Of a DNA stretch of 64,000 bases, positions 13,369 to 25,580 are shown in pieces. Location of the stretch: positions 17,302,893-17,366,892 of the forward strand of contig NC_057719.1 of the NCBI RefSeq assembly GCF_004010195.1. The letters run 5' to 3'. Both the position numbers and the translations under genes were made by a program. Within the stretch, counting starts at the first letter, position 1, and each line of letters begins with the position of its first letter. The notes under the pieces are model-generated. The model was given only the letters and a program-made list of their open reading frames with translations, was not told where the DNA came from and ran no database searches. The DNA is from Chiloscyllium plagiosum. Its lineage: Eukaryota.

Positions 13369-13529
13369 CTCCTGTTCCCTGGATGCTGCCTGACCTGCTG
13401 TGCTGTTCCAGCAATAAAGTTTCAACTAAATACTGTTCTCCCCTTACTTTTAGTGAAACTGCCCTTCATCTCATTTATAAATGTAGGACGATGCAGTAGT
13501 GACTATCCATAACAATTTATAGAACATTA

Positions 13530-13790
13530 GTGGCCACAAATATAAGATTGTCACTAATAAATCTGATAAGCAATTCAGGGTAATCCTCTTTACTGGGGCA
13601 AGGGTGAGAATGTGGACAGCCTGCCACATGAAGTGGTTGAGGCAAGTAGCATTGACACATTTACATAGGCAAACATTTAAAGAAGATAGGCTGAAGGTAT
13701 CTACTGATAGGAATAGGCTTCTGTTAGGAATGAAAGCCACCATTGCTCTGAAAGGCCTATTTCTGTCCTCTAGCATTTTATGTCATATAT
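13530..13790 (+). mobile_element. Old CR1 3' fragment
   Basis: tataagattgtcactaataaatc...gtgagaatgtggacagcctgccac resembles a CR1 3' end. Confidence 0.55.
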
Positions 13791-14821
13791 CCTAGAATTG
13801 TTTAACTGCTTTGAGCATTATCTAGACATTAAAAATGCAGAGTCTAGTCTCACTATCAAGCCTTCATTTTTCCTAAATCTCCTTATGCTAATCTATCACA
13901 TGTGCATTACTATGTAGCACTTGACGTTAAACTCTGCTCGCCATTTGTCTGACAATCTGAAAACCAGTCAAAATCCTGCCATAAACTCTTAGCTGAAGCC
14001 TCAATGTCTACAGCTTTCCTCATTTCGGCATTATCAGTAAATCAGACAAGCTTGCATTTGTTTTTTCTTGCTGTGCAGGTCATCTATAGAGATTCGAAGT
14101 GACACACACCTTATGAAAAGGGAAGAGGCTACATTTTGTACCCATGTTCTTAGGCATGAATAAAACTGATTGAATAATTTGAGTTATGTAAAACAGCATG
14201 CTTCAGGTCACAGTCATTCTGAGCTCCATTTTAAACATTGCAAAAGTCATTTTGAGATCAAGCTTTGTAACAGCAGAGCAAGCATCCAGCCCTATTGCTG
14301 TGCAATGTTAACTAAAAGGGAAAGGACATGATCTTACTGTGAAATATGCTGAGTTTTCCAGTGCCACTTTGCATTAGGTAGTATTGCATGATTTGTGTGT
14401 AATTCTGTGGGCTGGTGATGTCAATAAAGCGTCTGAGCTACTGTCAGTGATTTCTGGGGCACAGCAGCTGCCCACTACTCCATAACAGAGTGGCATGCCA
14501 GTGCCACAAAGCCGTTCGCGGTTGCAAGTTCAGGTGCTCCCAGTGGCATTCTGTTTGTAAGTGAAATTTGTACCTCGACTGGGAATCGGAAGGAAATAAC
14601 CTCTTTAACCTTTCCTGCACAGCATGAGACCATTTCCTCCCCAGCACGCTCATACAAAAGGGGCACCATTGCATTTGTTTCACAAGTGTTTATTCGATGG
14701 GTGTACACGGCACCAAATGATAAAGGGAGGCCACGGGTCAGGTTTGGCACAGTCACTCAGCAAAATATACAATAAAGGCTCAGTGCTGCATCATCAGAGA
14801 CCCTGGTTTCCAGCAAGCAGC

Positions 14822-14988
14822 AAAGAGGATATGTCATGGCCACCCATGTAATGTGATTTATATCTCCACAATTGAGACCGAGCAGATAACTCACGAGTGA
14901 CAAATTCGCAGGAGAGAGAGAGAAACTGTCGGCCACACTAGTGGAAATATAAATCATATCACACAGGTGTCTATGACAAGCCTCATTT
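14822..14988. repeat. Imperfect long inverted repeat (about 65-bp arms) in otherwise unique DNA
   Basis: gaggatatgtcatggccacccatgtaatgtgatttatatctccacaattgagaccgagcag pairs with ctgtcggccacactagtggaaatataaatcatatcacacaggtgtctatgacaagcctc. Confidence 0.75.
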
Positions 14989-15465
14989 TACGCACACCGC
15001 AGTTTAATTACTGCTTCCAAAACGGAATTATTTTGTGTATTAATAACTGAGTTGTATTTTTAATATTGCTTTGCATATGTGTGAAACAGGCCAAATTGCA
15101 AGCTCCTTTAACATATCATGGGCACATTGTTACGCAGCCCCCACCTTAAGAAAAATAATTTAACGAGCCTTTGATGAAAATAGAGGAAGCAAGATACTAG
15201 CCAAAAGATTCTGCTGCACGTATGTCCAGCGCAATTAGTTTACTTACACACTTTGTAACTTAAGGAAAAGGGCAAAGTAGCATTGCCAGGATTGCAGTTC
15301 TAGTCAGAACTCTAGTTGTTCCATTCTAGTATCTCAGTGGAGACCATTCTGCTGATGATGAAATGTTGAAAATGTGTACTGCATTGAACTACATCTGGCC
15401 CTTAAGATGCAGGACTAAACGAGGTGTGTTTGCATGGAGGTAGGTAAAATCTGCAGTAGGGCATT

Positions 15466-15762
15466 TAGATTAGATTAGATTCCCTACAGTGTGGAAACAG
15501 GCCCTTCGGCCCAACAACTCCACACCGACCCTCCGAAGAGTAATCCACCCCCCTCTGACTAATGCAACGAACACTATGGACAATTTAACACGGCCAATTC
15601 ACCTGACCTACACATCTTAGGAATGTGGGAGGAAACCAGAGCACCTGGAGGAAACCCACACAGACACAGGGAGAATGTGCAAACTCCACACAGGGTGGTA
15701 TTGAACCTGGGACCCTTGTGCTGTGAGGCAGCAGTGCTAACCACTGACCCACCATGCCACCC
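15466..15762 (-). mobile_element. HE1-type V-SINE
   Basis: Head, V-domain and (TAGAT)n tail. Confidence 0.9.
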
Positions 15763-15944
15763 ACAACTTTAGCCCAACTTGTTCAAATGTTAACACACCT
15801 CACAGGCATGGTTTTTTCACATCTATCGCTATGGCATTTTTCCTGAATGTAACATTGAATTTGTTAGTGGCTAACTTATAGCTCCTAGTTTTGGTCTACC
15901 ATAAATAGAAATATTTACTCTGTGCCTGACGTACAAAACCTTTT

Positions 15945-16023
15945 GGAGAAAGTGAGAACTGCAGATGCTGGAGAGTCAGAGTTGAAAAGTGTGGCGCTGG
16001 AAAAGCACAACAGGTCAGGCAGC
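15945..16023 (-). mobile_element. Family A PLE terminal stub, no ribozyme
   Basis: ggagaaagtgagaactgcagatgctgg...; acctttt repeated at 15938-15944 and 16024-16030. Confidence 0.8.
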
Positions 16024-16255
16024 ACCTTTTAACAATTTAGGAAAAGAATCCCACCTGGTTTAAACTTTCTCAATTGGTATAATCTTGTAGATTCCAAATT
16101 TGCATCTTTTAATGTAGAGGGAGTTCATAGAAGACTAGAGGTTCCAATTACCTTTCTTTAAATAAATTTTTATTTTGAAAAACCAACGCAGGTGATTTTC
16201 ATGACTTCCAACCGAGTTGGAGGAGAACACAGTCTTTCCCTCCCTTGCTAATCCA

Positions 16256-16465
16256 GAAGTCGTATGGCACCAGGTTTTAGACCAACAGGTTTATTTGAAA
16301 TCACAAGCTTTTGGAGTGCTGCAACTTCATCAGGTGAAGTCATGTGAAGGAGCAGTGTTCCAAAAGCTTGTGATTTCAAATAAACCTGTCGGACTATAAC
16401 CTGGTGTCGTGTGACTTCTGACTTTGTCAACACCAGTCTAACACCAGCATCTCCAAATCATCTCT
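16256..16465. mobile_element. Inverted pair of family B PLE repeats with decayed hammerheads
   Basis: Minus strand TCAC-CTGATGA...aaaa-gc-tt-GTGA; ctaatcca at 16248-16255 and 16466-16473. Confidence 0.8.
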
Positions 16466-17164
16466 CTAATCCAACCATTGTCTGAGTCAGAACATCAATT
16501 GAAATGCTTTACCCAGCTACCAATATGGCCAATATTTACTTTATCCATGTTAATTTAGAATAAAAAGATCCATTAACTAGGTTGCTTTAATCAACCACAA
16601 AATTATTGATTTAAGAAAACCAGATTTATTTGGCAAAGATCAAAAGCTGACTGACGCAGTTTGAGAAAGGAAATTATAAATACTTCTAAATATCCCCAAT
16701 GCAGACACACGACAATTAAAGAAAAGAACTTTCACTGCAGAGTTTAAATTTTAAGAAGAAATACTGGTTAGTTCATCAAGGAACAAAGGATGCGTATGAA
16801 ATATTCAAGATGGCTTTCAGTCATCATCTTAACACACATTGACAATTGTCACTAAACATGGAATGTTGTCACTGGGATCTTTGCAGATGCAGTTTGCTCA
16901 GGTAATGTCAAGAATTAAGAGGCTTTTCAGGAGAACAGCTGCATCAGTTTTTTCAAATTGGTGTTCTCACAAAGTCAAAGTCTGTCTGTGACCTACTGGT
17001 CTCTAAACAATAATAGCCAAACAAAACTTCATTCCTAACTACCATTAATGTAGGCACACGATTTCCAGTAAACAAGCCCAAGCTATTAACTTGTGCCACA
17101 TGTCTTGCAATAGGTGTCCTTTAAGTAACCTCTTTTAAAAAAAGAAATCTCTTCTTCATCAACT

Positions 17165-17440
17165 AAATACAAAATACTGTGGATGCTAGAAATCTGAAAC
17201 AGGCACAGAGAATACTGGAGAAACTCAACAGGTCTGGCAGCATCTGGAAGGAGAAACAGAATTAATGTTTCAAGTCAGTGACCCTTCATCAAAACTGAAA
17301 GATGCTGGATTTTTTTTAATATACTTTTGCCAAAGTTGAAGGATGGATGAAGAGAACAGATGGTGCAGATGACAAGGTGGTTGTCAGTGATAGTGAAAGA
17401 GAAAAAGAGATGTGAAGTGAGTGTCATATCTTGTCTGTCT
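17165..17440 (-). mobile_element. Family C PLE 3' end, decayed hammerhead
   Basis: aaaatactgtggatgctagaaatctgaaac...; minus strand ttgatga-agggtcactgactt-gaaa-ca-tt. Confidence 0.7.
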
Positions 17441-18388
17441 GTTCAAATGAACTATTGTCCACAACCTTTGAACAGAAACCATTAAGAAACATTAGCAATG
17501 AAATTTTTTAATAATATATGCGAAACTGTGATACCATACCCATGGAAATATGTGATGTATTGCTAAGGACTGTTGGCCTTAACTACAAATATTCAGTTAG
17601 GAAACTACACAACGACACTCTTTATTTTCAAGGTCCACTAACTGGAGGTTTCCTGTTGCTAGGCAGACTGAGGAAAAGGATCGGATTTCTTTTTAAAGCA
17701 AATAAGAAACACCTGTCATCATTGTTCACCCATGTTGCAGCTTGGTGCCCTGCGATTTCACTGTTCCATGTTACAGGAATGCAAACTGAGTGCAGCTACA
17801 GTTATTAAGCTGCGGTTAGCTACTACACTGACCCCTCCATTTGTGGCCAGTAACAAGAGGCCCTAATTGGGTCTTGGCTTGGTGCTGGTGTTATCACTGT
17901 GGTTTGTGGTGAGAGAGTCTACTCATGCCTGATCTAATCCAACTTCAGCCTGTAATTTTATCATGAGATCTTGCTTCCCCAGTGTTGGATAATATTGAAC
18001 ACCACCCATTTCAGTAAAAGACTATATACATTAAGTTTAGATAATAGTCTCTTAATGACACGAGCCATTACTTCTATTTGAGTTGATTGTTATAGCTTTA
18101 GGATTTGCTTTCCTTTCAACAACCTTACCATTTCCTCTCTCTAAGCTGTTCCATATTGGTGGAACAACATTGGCAAAGTCCTGGAATGCAGGTACCTTAG
18201 CAGAGACATTGATGCATTGAAGTGAATGAAGGATAACACAGTAGGGATCATTGCAGTCTGAGCAATTATAGTGGCAGATTCGAAACTGGATTTACCTTCA
18301 TTTGAGGAAAGAAAGTTGAGAGAGATGGCAGTTCAACTTTTTAAATTCAGTTGAACTTCACAACATGAATGCATTAAAAAAACGTTTG

Positions 18389-18428
18389 CTCTCTCTCTCT
18401 CTCTGCCTCTCTCTCTCTCTTTCTCTCG
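18389..18428. repeat. (CT)n microsatellite
   Basis: ctctctctct tract. Confidence 0.9.
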
Positions 18429-18429
18429 C

Positions 18430-18830
18430 CCCCCACCTTTTTCCTCTCCTCTTCCCCCTTTGCTATCCTTCTCCCCTGTTTTCCATTTTGCCTTTGCTTC
18501 ACCAATCCCCCCCCCCATCTCCCAAATATTTTGTCATATAGCACTGGCTTCAGCCTTGGTCATTCACAGCTCCTAATCTCCCTATAATCTCTCTATGCAC
18601 TGTCATTATCACCTCTTTATTGCTACCTTTGCTTCTGGAGCCATGACTCCCCTTCTCTCAGCCCAGTATAAATACCTCCCTATTTCTCCCTCTTTTTAGC
18701 TTTGACAAAGGGCCAGTTCGACTCGAAACATCAGCTCTTTTCTCTCCTTACAGATGCTGCCAGACCTGCTGAGATTTTCCAGCATTTTCTCTTTTGGTTT
18801 CAGATTCCATCATCTGCAGTAATTTTCTTT
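18430..18830 (+). mobile_element. Family C-related PLE 3' end, decayed hammerhead
   Basis: GCT-ttgacaa-agggccagttcgactc-GAAA-ca-TC-AGC followed by cagatgctgccagacctgctgag...catctgcag. Confidence 0.7.
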
Positions 18831-19044
18831 TTTTAAAAAAAAGTTTTCATTGGAGATCAATCAAAAATAGCCATCTTGGGCTGGGAAAGGAGAGAGTTGG
18901 TGTCAGGTTGAGGGAAAAAAAATAAAAAATAAATTAAAAAAAAACATATGATGTTCTTGGTCACTTAAGTTTATTATATAATATTGAAAGAATGCCAGGA
19001 ACATCAAACGTAAACAGTTTAGTTCTTAGAATCCACTAAGTACT

Positions 19045-19232
19045 TACAGAGAAACAGAAAAATTCTGCCGAAGTTCAGCAGGTCTCCCAGCTTCTGTGGA
19101 GATGCTCAGAGTTAACATTTTGAGCCTGGTGTGAACCTTTTTCTGAATTATCAGACTCAAAACATCACCTCTATTGCTCCAGCATTTTCTGATTAATTTT
19201 GCATTTTCAGCACCTGCAGTACTATGCACTTA
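19045..19232. mobile_element. Inverted pair of family C PLE repeats, old
   Basis: aacagaaaaattctgccgaagttcagcaggtc..., then reverse arm ending cagcacctgcagtac. Confidence 0.6.
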
Positions 19233-19458
19233 TTCAAGATGATAATTTGCTGAGGATAATGGATAATATTGATGCAAGTTTAAAATGCAATTTTTCTAAT
19301 GCTTTTAATTTTTAAAACAGAGGCACAATACTTTCTTTTATATCAAAAGTTCATTTCTTTCAAATTCCTGAGGGATTCACTGTTCTGCATTGAAACAGAC
19401 TTGTTTCAAGGATAATCAATTACATTGTGTCTATTAATCGCATTCTAACGTCTGTAAG

Positions 19459-19795
19459 ATCATAGAATCCCTACAGTGTGTAAGCAGGCCATTCAGCTCA
19501 TTAGGTTGACACCAACCATCCGAAGAGCATCCCACCCAGACCAACCCAACTATTCAATGCATGTATCGCTGCATTTCCCATGACTAATCCACCTAGCCCA
19601 CACATCCCTGGACACTATTCACCTAACTTGCGCATCTTTGGATTGTAGGAGGAAACCAGAGCACCCGGCGCAAACCCACACAGACACAGGGACAATATGC
19701 AAACTCCACACAGACAGTCACCCAAAGGTGGATACAAACCCGGGTCCCTGCTGCTGTGAGGCAGCAGTGCTAGCCACTGAGCCACTGTGCAGCCC
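19459..19795 (-). mobile_element. HE1-type V-SINE variant
   Basis: Head and V-domain; catagaatccctacagtgtg tail. Confidence 0.85.
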
Positions 19796-20222
19796 ATGGG
19801 GTAATGGTAGAAGTCTTTATTTACTTTCTGACCCAACAAAAGACCACAGTGGGCTTTCTAGATTTTGCTAAACGGTAACCTTATCTTTTAGGGTCACCTT
19901 TTCTAGTTGCCCTGATTATTTTTTAAGTTTTCTCCAGAAGCCAAGCTCCAAATGAAGACAACCCACCATGAAGGAAAACAAAATGGCAATGTTGTAATAA
20001 ACAATCAATAAGTCTTCATTAATTGCTGTTGCTCAATGTTCCACCTCCCAACATCTCTTGCACGAAATATCTGAAATGCCATTGAAGTATTTAATCAAGT
20101 TGACCTCACATTATTGTACAAAAGTCAACATATTTTGGCCACAGTTCATTTGAAACAATATCCTAGCTGGTGCTCGGCTGGCATTACCCACCACACAGGC
20201 TTTGCCAAGCAACAGGGTACCA

Positions 20223-20316
20223 ATTCCTGATGAAGGGCTTTTGCCCGAAACATCGATTTTCCTGCTTCTCTGATGCTGCCTGAACTGCTGCACTTTTCCA
20301 GCAATACATTTTTCAG
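20223..20316 (+). mobile_element. Family A PLE fragment with hammerhead at 20223-20258
   Basis: attc-CTGATGA-a-GGGC-tttt-GCCC-GAAA-ca-TC-gatt. Confidence 0.8.
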
Positions 20317-21693
20317 ATATGATGAAATGACCAAGGTATTGAATAGGTATTTGTGTTGGTCTTCACAGTGGAGGACACGAATAACATGTCAGTTATTGAC
20401 AAAGCGACAAAGGTAAGTGAGGACCTGGAAACAATCATTATTATGGAAGAGGTAGGGTTGGGCAAGCTAATGAAGCTAGGGATAGACAAATCTCCTGGCC
20501 CTGATGGAATGTATCCCACAGTATTAAAAGAGATAGTGGGAGAAATAGCAAGTGCACTTGTGGTAATTTTCCAAAATTCACTGGACTCTGGACTCAAAGG
20601 CCTTCGATAAGCTGCTGCACAAGAGGCTGCTGCATAAGATGAAGATGCATGGCATTTCAGGTAAAGTATTAGTATGGATAGTGGAATTGGTTAACTAACA
20701 GGAAGCAAAGAGTGGGGATAAATGAGTGTTATTCTGATTGGCAAAAGGTAACTAGTGGCGTGCCTCAGGTATCAGTGTTGGGACTGCAATTATTCACAAT
20801 TTATATAGATGATTTGGAGTTGAGGACCACATGTAGTGTGTCAAAGTTTGCAGATGACACTAAGATGAGAGGCAGAGCAAAGTGTGCAGGGACTGTGAAA
20901 CTTTGCGGAAGAATGTAGGTACATTGAGTGAGTAGGCAAAGATCTGGCAGATGGAATACAATGTTACTAAATGTGAAGTCATCCATTTTGGTAGGAATAA
21001 CAGTAAAAAGGATTATTAATTGAATGGTAAAAAGTTGCAGCATGCTGCTATGCAAATGGACCTGGGTGTCCTTGTGTATGAATCACAGAGAGTTGGTCTG
21101 CAGGTACAACAAGTAATTAAGAAGGCAAATGGAATTTTGCCCTTCATTGCTAAAGGGATTGAACTTAAAGACAGGGAGGTTATGATACAGCTGTTCGCGG
21201 TGCTGGTGAGGCCACACCTGGAGCACTGTGTGCAGTTTTTGGTCTCCTTATTTGAGAAAGGATGTACTGGCACAGAGGCAGTGCAGAGGGGGTTCACTAT
21301 GTTGATTCCAGAATTGAAGGAGTTGGTTTATGAGGAGAGACTGTGTAGACTGAGTTTATATTCATTGAAATTTAGAAAAATGAGGAGGGATCTTATAGAA
21401 ACATATAAAATTATGAAGGGAATAGATAAGATAGAAGTAGAGAGGATGTTCTTCACTCAGAGGGTTGTAAATCTATAGAATTCCCTGCCCTGTGAAGTGT
21501 TTGACACTACTTCCTTAAATATTTCTAAAGCTAAGATAGATTTTTTTTTTGAACAATAAAGGAATTAAGGGATATGGTGAGAGGGCGGGTAAGTGGAGCT
21601 GAGACCATGAAAAGATCCACCATGATCTTATTGAATGGTGGAGCAGGCTTGAGGGGCCAGAGGCCTACTCCTGTTCCTACTTCTTATGTTCTT
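20317..21693 (+). mobile_element. CR1 LINE RT fragment with internal deletions
   Basis: DKSPGPDGMYP, SGVPQVSVLGLQLFTIYIDDL, KFADDTK and LVRPHLEHCVQF; (CTTATGTT) tail. Confidence 0.95.
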
Positions 21694-21749
21694 GGGCAGC
21701 TGGTCAAAACTTACCACCTTCAATCCATCCATATCATTCTAAGAACCTA

Positions 21750-22073
21750 ATTGATTTGATTTGAACAGATTTGATTTATTATTGTCACATGTACCTAGGT
21801 ACAGTGAAAAGTTTTTTTTTGTGTGCAGTAGAGTCAGATGATACCATACGAAGTGCATAATGGTAATAGAACAGATGGAGGCATAGATGCACTGAAGGTG
21901 CACAATAAGCGAGACCAACATAAAATTTAAAATTTGAGACGTCTATTCAGAATTCTAATAATAAGCTAGAAGAAGCTGTTCTTGAATCTGTTGGAATGTC
22001 TGTTTAAGCTTTTTTTAAATCTTTAACCTGAAGGAAGAAGTTGGAAGAGATTATAACTGGAGTGAGAAGTGCC
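21750..22073 (-). mobile_element. Rex1/Babar-like LINE 3' end; resumes at about 24735-24870
   Basis: (GATTT)n-ttattattgtcacatgtacc...gaagaagctgttcttgaatctg; continues as ttggctgccttcacaaggcaacaagaagtatagatggagtc. Confidence 0.6.
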
Positions 22074-22207
22074 ATAGAGTCACAGAGACATACAGCACGG
22101 AAACAGACTCTTCGGTCCAAATTGTCCATGCCGACCAGAAATCATAAATTAATCTAGTCCCATTCGCCAGCACTTGGCCCATATCCCTCTAAACCCTTCC
22201 TATTCAA
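22074..22207 (-). mobile_element. CR1/HER1 3' tail; continues at 24335-24730
   Basis: catagagtcacagag tail; the sequence resumes after the plus-strand insert. Confidence 0.85.
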
Positions 22208-24333
22208 TAAACCCTTGGCAAGAACTTTCGAAAACTGATTGGAGGCAGATGTTCGCAGGTAAAGGGACGGCTGGAAAATTGGAAGCCTTCAGAAATGAGA
22301 TAACAAGAATCCAGAGAAAGTATATTCCCATCAGGGTGAAAGGAATGGCTGGTAGGTATAGGGAATGCTGGATGACTAAAGAAATTGAGGGTTTGGTTAA
22401 GAAAAAGAAGGAAGTATGTCTCAGGTATAGACAGGATAGATCGAGTGAATCCTTAGAAGAATATAAAGGAAGTAGGAGTATACTTAAGAGGGAAATCAGG
22501 AGGGCAAAAAGGGGACATGAGATAGCATTGGCAAATAGAATTAAAGAGAATCCAAAGGGTTTTTACAAATATATTAAGGACAAAAGGGTAACTAGGGAGA
22601 GAATAGGGCCCCTCAAAGTTCAGCAAGGTGGCCTTTGTGTGGAGTCACAGAAAATGGGGGAGATACTAAATGAATATTTTGCATCAGTATTTACTGTGGA
22701 AAAGGATATGGAAAATAGAGACTGCAAGGAAATAGATGGTGATATCTTGCAAAATGTCCAGATTACAGAGGAGGGAGTGCTGGATGTCTTGAAATGGTTA
22801 AAAGTGGATAAATCCCCAGGACCTGATCAGGTGTACCTGAGAGTTCTGTGGGAAGCTAGAGAAGCGATTGCTGGGCCTCTTGCTGAGATATTTGTATCAT
22901 CGATAGTCACAGGTGAGGTGCCGGAAGACTGGAGGTTAGCAAACATGGTGCCACTGTTTAAAAGGGCGGTAAAGACAAGCCAGGGAACTATANNNNNNNN
23001 NNNNNNNNNNNNNNNNNNNNNNNNNNNNNNNNNNNNNNNNNNNNNNNNNNNNNNNNNNNNNNNNNNNNNNNNNNNNNNNNNNNNNNNNNNNNNNNNNNNN
23101 NNNNNNNNNNNNNNNNNNNNNNNNNNNNNNNNNNNNNNNNNNNNNNNNNNNNNNNNNNNNNNNNNNNNNNNNNNNNNNNNNNNNNNNNNNNNNNNNNNNN
23201 NNNNNNNNNNNNNNNNNNNNNNNNNNNNNNNNNNNNNNNNNNNNNNNNNNNNNNNNNNNNNNNNNNNNNNNNNNNNNNNNNNNNNNNNNNNNNNNNNNNN
23301 NNNNNNNNNNNNNNNNNNNNNNNNNNNNNNNNNNNNNNNNNNNNNNNNNNNNNNNNNNNNNNNNNNNNNNNNNNNNNNNNNNNNNNNNNNNNNNNNNNNN
23401 NNNNNNNNNNNNNNNNNNNNNNNNNNNNNNNNNNNNNNNNNNNNNNNNNNNNNNNNNNNNNNNNNNNNNNNNNNNNNNNNNNNNNNNNNNNNNNNNNNNN
23501 NNNNNNNNNNNNNNNNNNNNNNNNNNNNNNNNNNNNNNNNNNNNNNNNNNNNNNNNNNNNNNNNNNNNNNNNNNNNNNNNNNNNNNNNNNNNNNNNNNNN
23601 NNNNNNNNNNNNNNNNNNNNNNNNNNNNNNNNNNNNNNNNNNNNNNNNNNNNNNNNNNNNNNNNNNNNNNNNNNNNNNNNNNNNNNNNNNNNNNNNNNNN
23701 NNNNNNNNNNNNNNNNNNNNNNNNNNNNNNNNNNNNNNNNNNNNNNNNNNNNNNNNNNNNNNNNNNNNNNNNNNNNNNNNNNNNNNNNNNNNNNNNNNNN
23801 NNNNNNNNNNNNNNNNNNNNNNNNNNNNNNNNNNNNNNNNNNNNNNNNNNNNNNNNNNNNNNNNNNNNNNNNNNNNNNNNNNNNNNNNNNNNNNNNNNNN
23901 NNNNNNNNNNNNNNNNNNNNNNNNNNNNNNNNNNNNNNNNNNNNNNNNNNNNNNNNNNNNNNNNNNNNNNNNNNNNNNNNNNNNNNNNNTAGGGTAAATA
24001 GGCAAAGTCTTTTCCCTGGGGTCGGGAAGTCCAGAACTAGAGGGCATAGCTTTAGGGTGAGAGGGGAAAGATAAGGAGAGACCTAAGGGGCAACTTTTTC
24101 ACGCAAAGGTGGTACGTGTATGGAATGAGCTGCCAGAGGATGTGGTGGAGGCTGGTACAATTGCAACATTTAAGAGGCATTTGGATGGGTATATGAATAG
24201 GAAGGGTTTGGAGGGATATAAGTCGGGTGCTGGCAGGTGGGACTAGATTGGGTTGGGAATATCTGGTCGGCATGGACGAGTTGGACCGAAGGGTCTGTTT
24301 CCATGCTGTACATCTCTATGACTCTATGACTCT
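22208..24333 (+). mobile_element. Young CR1/HER1 LINE (ORF2 linker and RT start; middle in gap)
   Basis: About 260 open codons including NRIKENPKGFYKYIK, DKSPGPDQVY and VPEDWRLANMVPLFK; (CTATGACT)n tail. Confidence 0.95.
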
Positions 24334-24334
24334 A

Positions 24335-24730
24335 AGATGTCTTTAACATTGTACCAACCTCCATCGATTTCTCTGGCAGCTCATTCCATACATGCACCAC
24401 CCTCTGCATGAAATAGTTGTCCTTTAGGTCCCCTTTACATCTTTCTTTTCTCACCTTAAACCTATGCCCTTTAGTTCTGGATTCACCCATCCTAGGGAAA
24501 AGACATTTGAATATTTATCCTATCTATTCCCCTCAGGATTTTATTAACTTCTATAAGGTCGGCCCTCAGCCTTTGAGGTTCCTGGGAAAACAGCCCCAGC
24601 CTATTCAGCCTCTGTCTACAGCTCAAACCCTCCAATCCTGGCAACATCCTTGTCAACCCTTTCAAGTTTCACAACATCCTTCCTATAGGACTGAGACCAG
24701 AATTACACACAGTATTCCAAACGATGTTCT
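24335..24730 (-). mobile_element. CR1/HER1 3' fragment
   Basis: ctctggcagctcattccatac...; reverse complement of the CR1 3' end. Confidence 0.85.
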
Positions 24731-25267
24731 GTACCCTTTGTTTATGTTTGGCTGCCTTCACAAGGCAACAAGAAGTATAGATGGAGTCAATGGATGGAAG
24801 TTTGGCTCAAATGGTGGACACATTGCTGTTGAATGCTGTAGTCTGGGACAGAACGGAAAGGGGAGCTGAAGGATAACATTTGGTGCTTTTGTTTGTAGGA
24901 CAAATGGGTTAAATGTGAAAATATTAGTAAAAAGCTTGGATTTTTAAAATCTGTACATTATAGGAAACATTACACAATCTCTCTGAAGCAAAACAATGAA
25001 CACGTCTGAGTCCATTAGATGTGGCACAAACGGAATATAAATATTCAATGTAATCCCACTTTTTAAGATGAAGGTCCTTCTCCCAGAATTTTGTCTGACA
25101 AGGACATGGCTGAGGTTTCTCAAGTTATTACAGTTCTAGGTGGATACCCAAATTGTTCAGCTCCCAAGTGTGGAGGTATGGACTGGCTGCATTCTTTACT
25201 CACCCAACACCTCAACTGGTCACCACAAGGATAATGCAAAAAGCATCCTTCCCTTGTGGATGTCTTT

Positions 25268-25580
25268 TAGATTAGATTACATTACAGTGTGGAAACAGGC
25301 CCTTCGGCCCAACAAGTCCACACCGACCCGCCGAAGCGAAACCCATCCATATCCCTACATTTACCCCTTACCTAACACTACGGGCAATTTAGTATGGCCA
25401 ATTCACCTGACCCTGCACATCTTTGGACTGTGGGAGGAAACCGGAGCACCAGGAGGAAACCCACGCAGACACGGGAAGAACGTGCAAACTCCACACAGTC
25501 AGTCGCCTGAGGCGGGAATTGAACCCGGGTCTCTAGCGCTGTGAGGCAGCAGTGCTAACCACTGTGCCACCGTGCCGCCC
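25268..25580 (-). mobile_element. Full-length, near-intact HE1-type V-SINE
   Basis: GGGCGGCACGGTGGCACAGTGG head (A box), GGTTCAATTCC (B box), V-domain, (AATCT)n tail; CpGs retained. Confidence 0.95.

Larger units (their letters stand above)
12760..13426. mobile_element. Inverted pair of family A PLE 3' ends spanning a gap, 14-bp TSD
   Basis: Arms are near-identical reverse complements; taaatactgttctc at 12746-12759 and 13427-13440. Confidence 0.9.

Noticed and set aside
18666..18676. TATA box (tataaata)
   Set aside because: Lies inside a PLE 3' region with no other promoter evidence
22174..24047. 607-aa and 406-aa ORFs
   Set aside because: Length comes from reading through Ns; the real part is CR1 ORF2
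25500..25580. tRNA gene
   Set aside because: The A and B boxes belong to the SINE head and run straight into the V-domain
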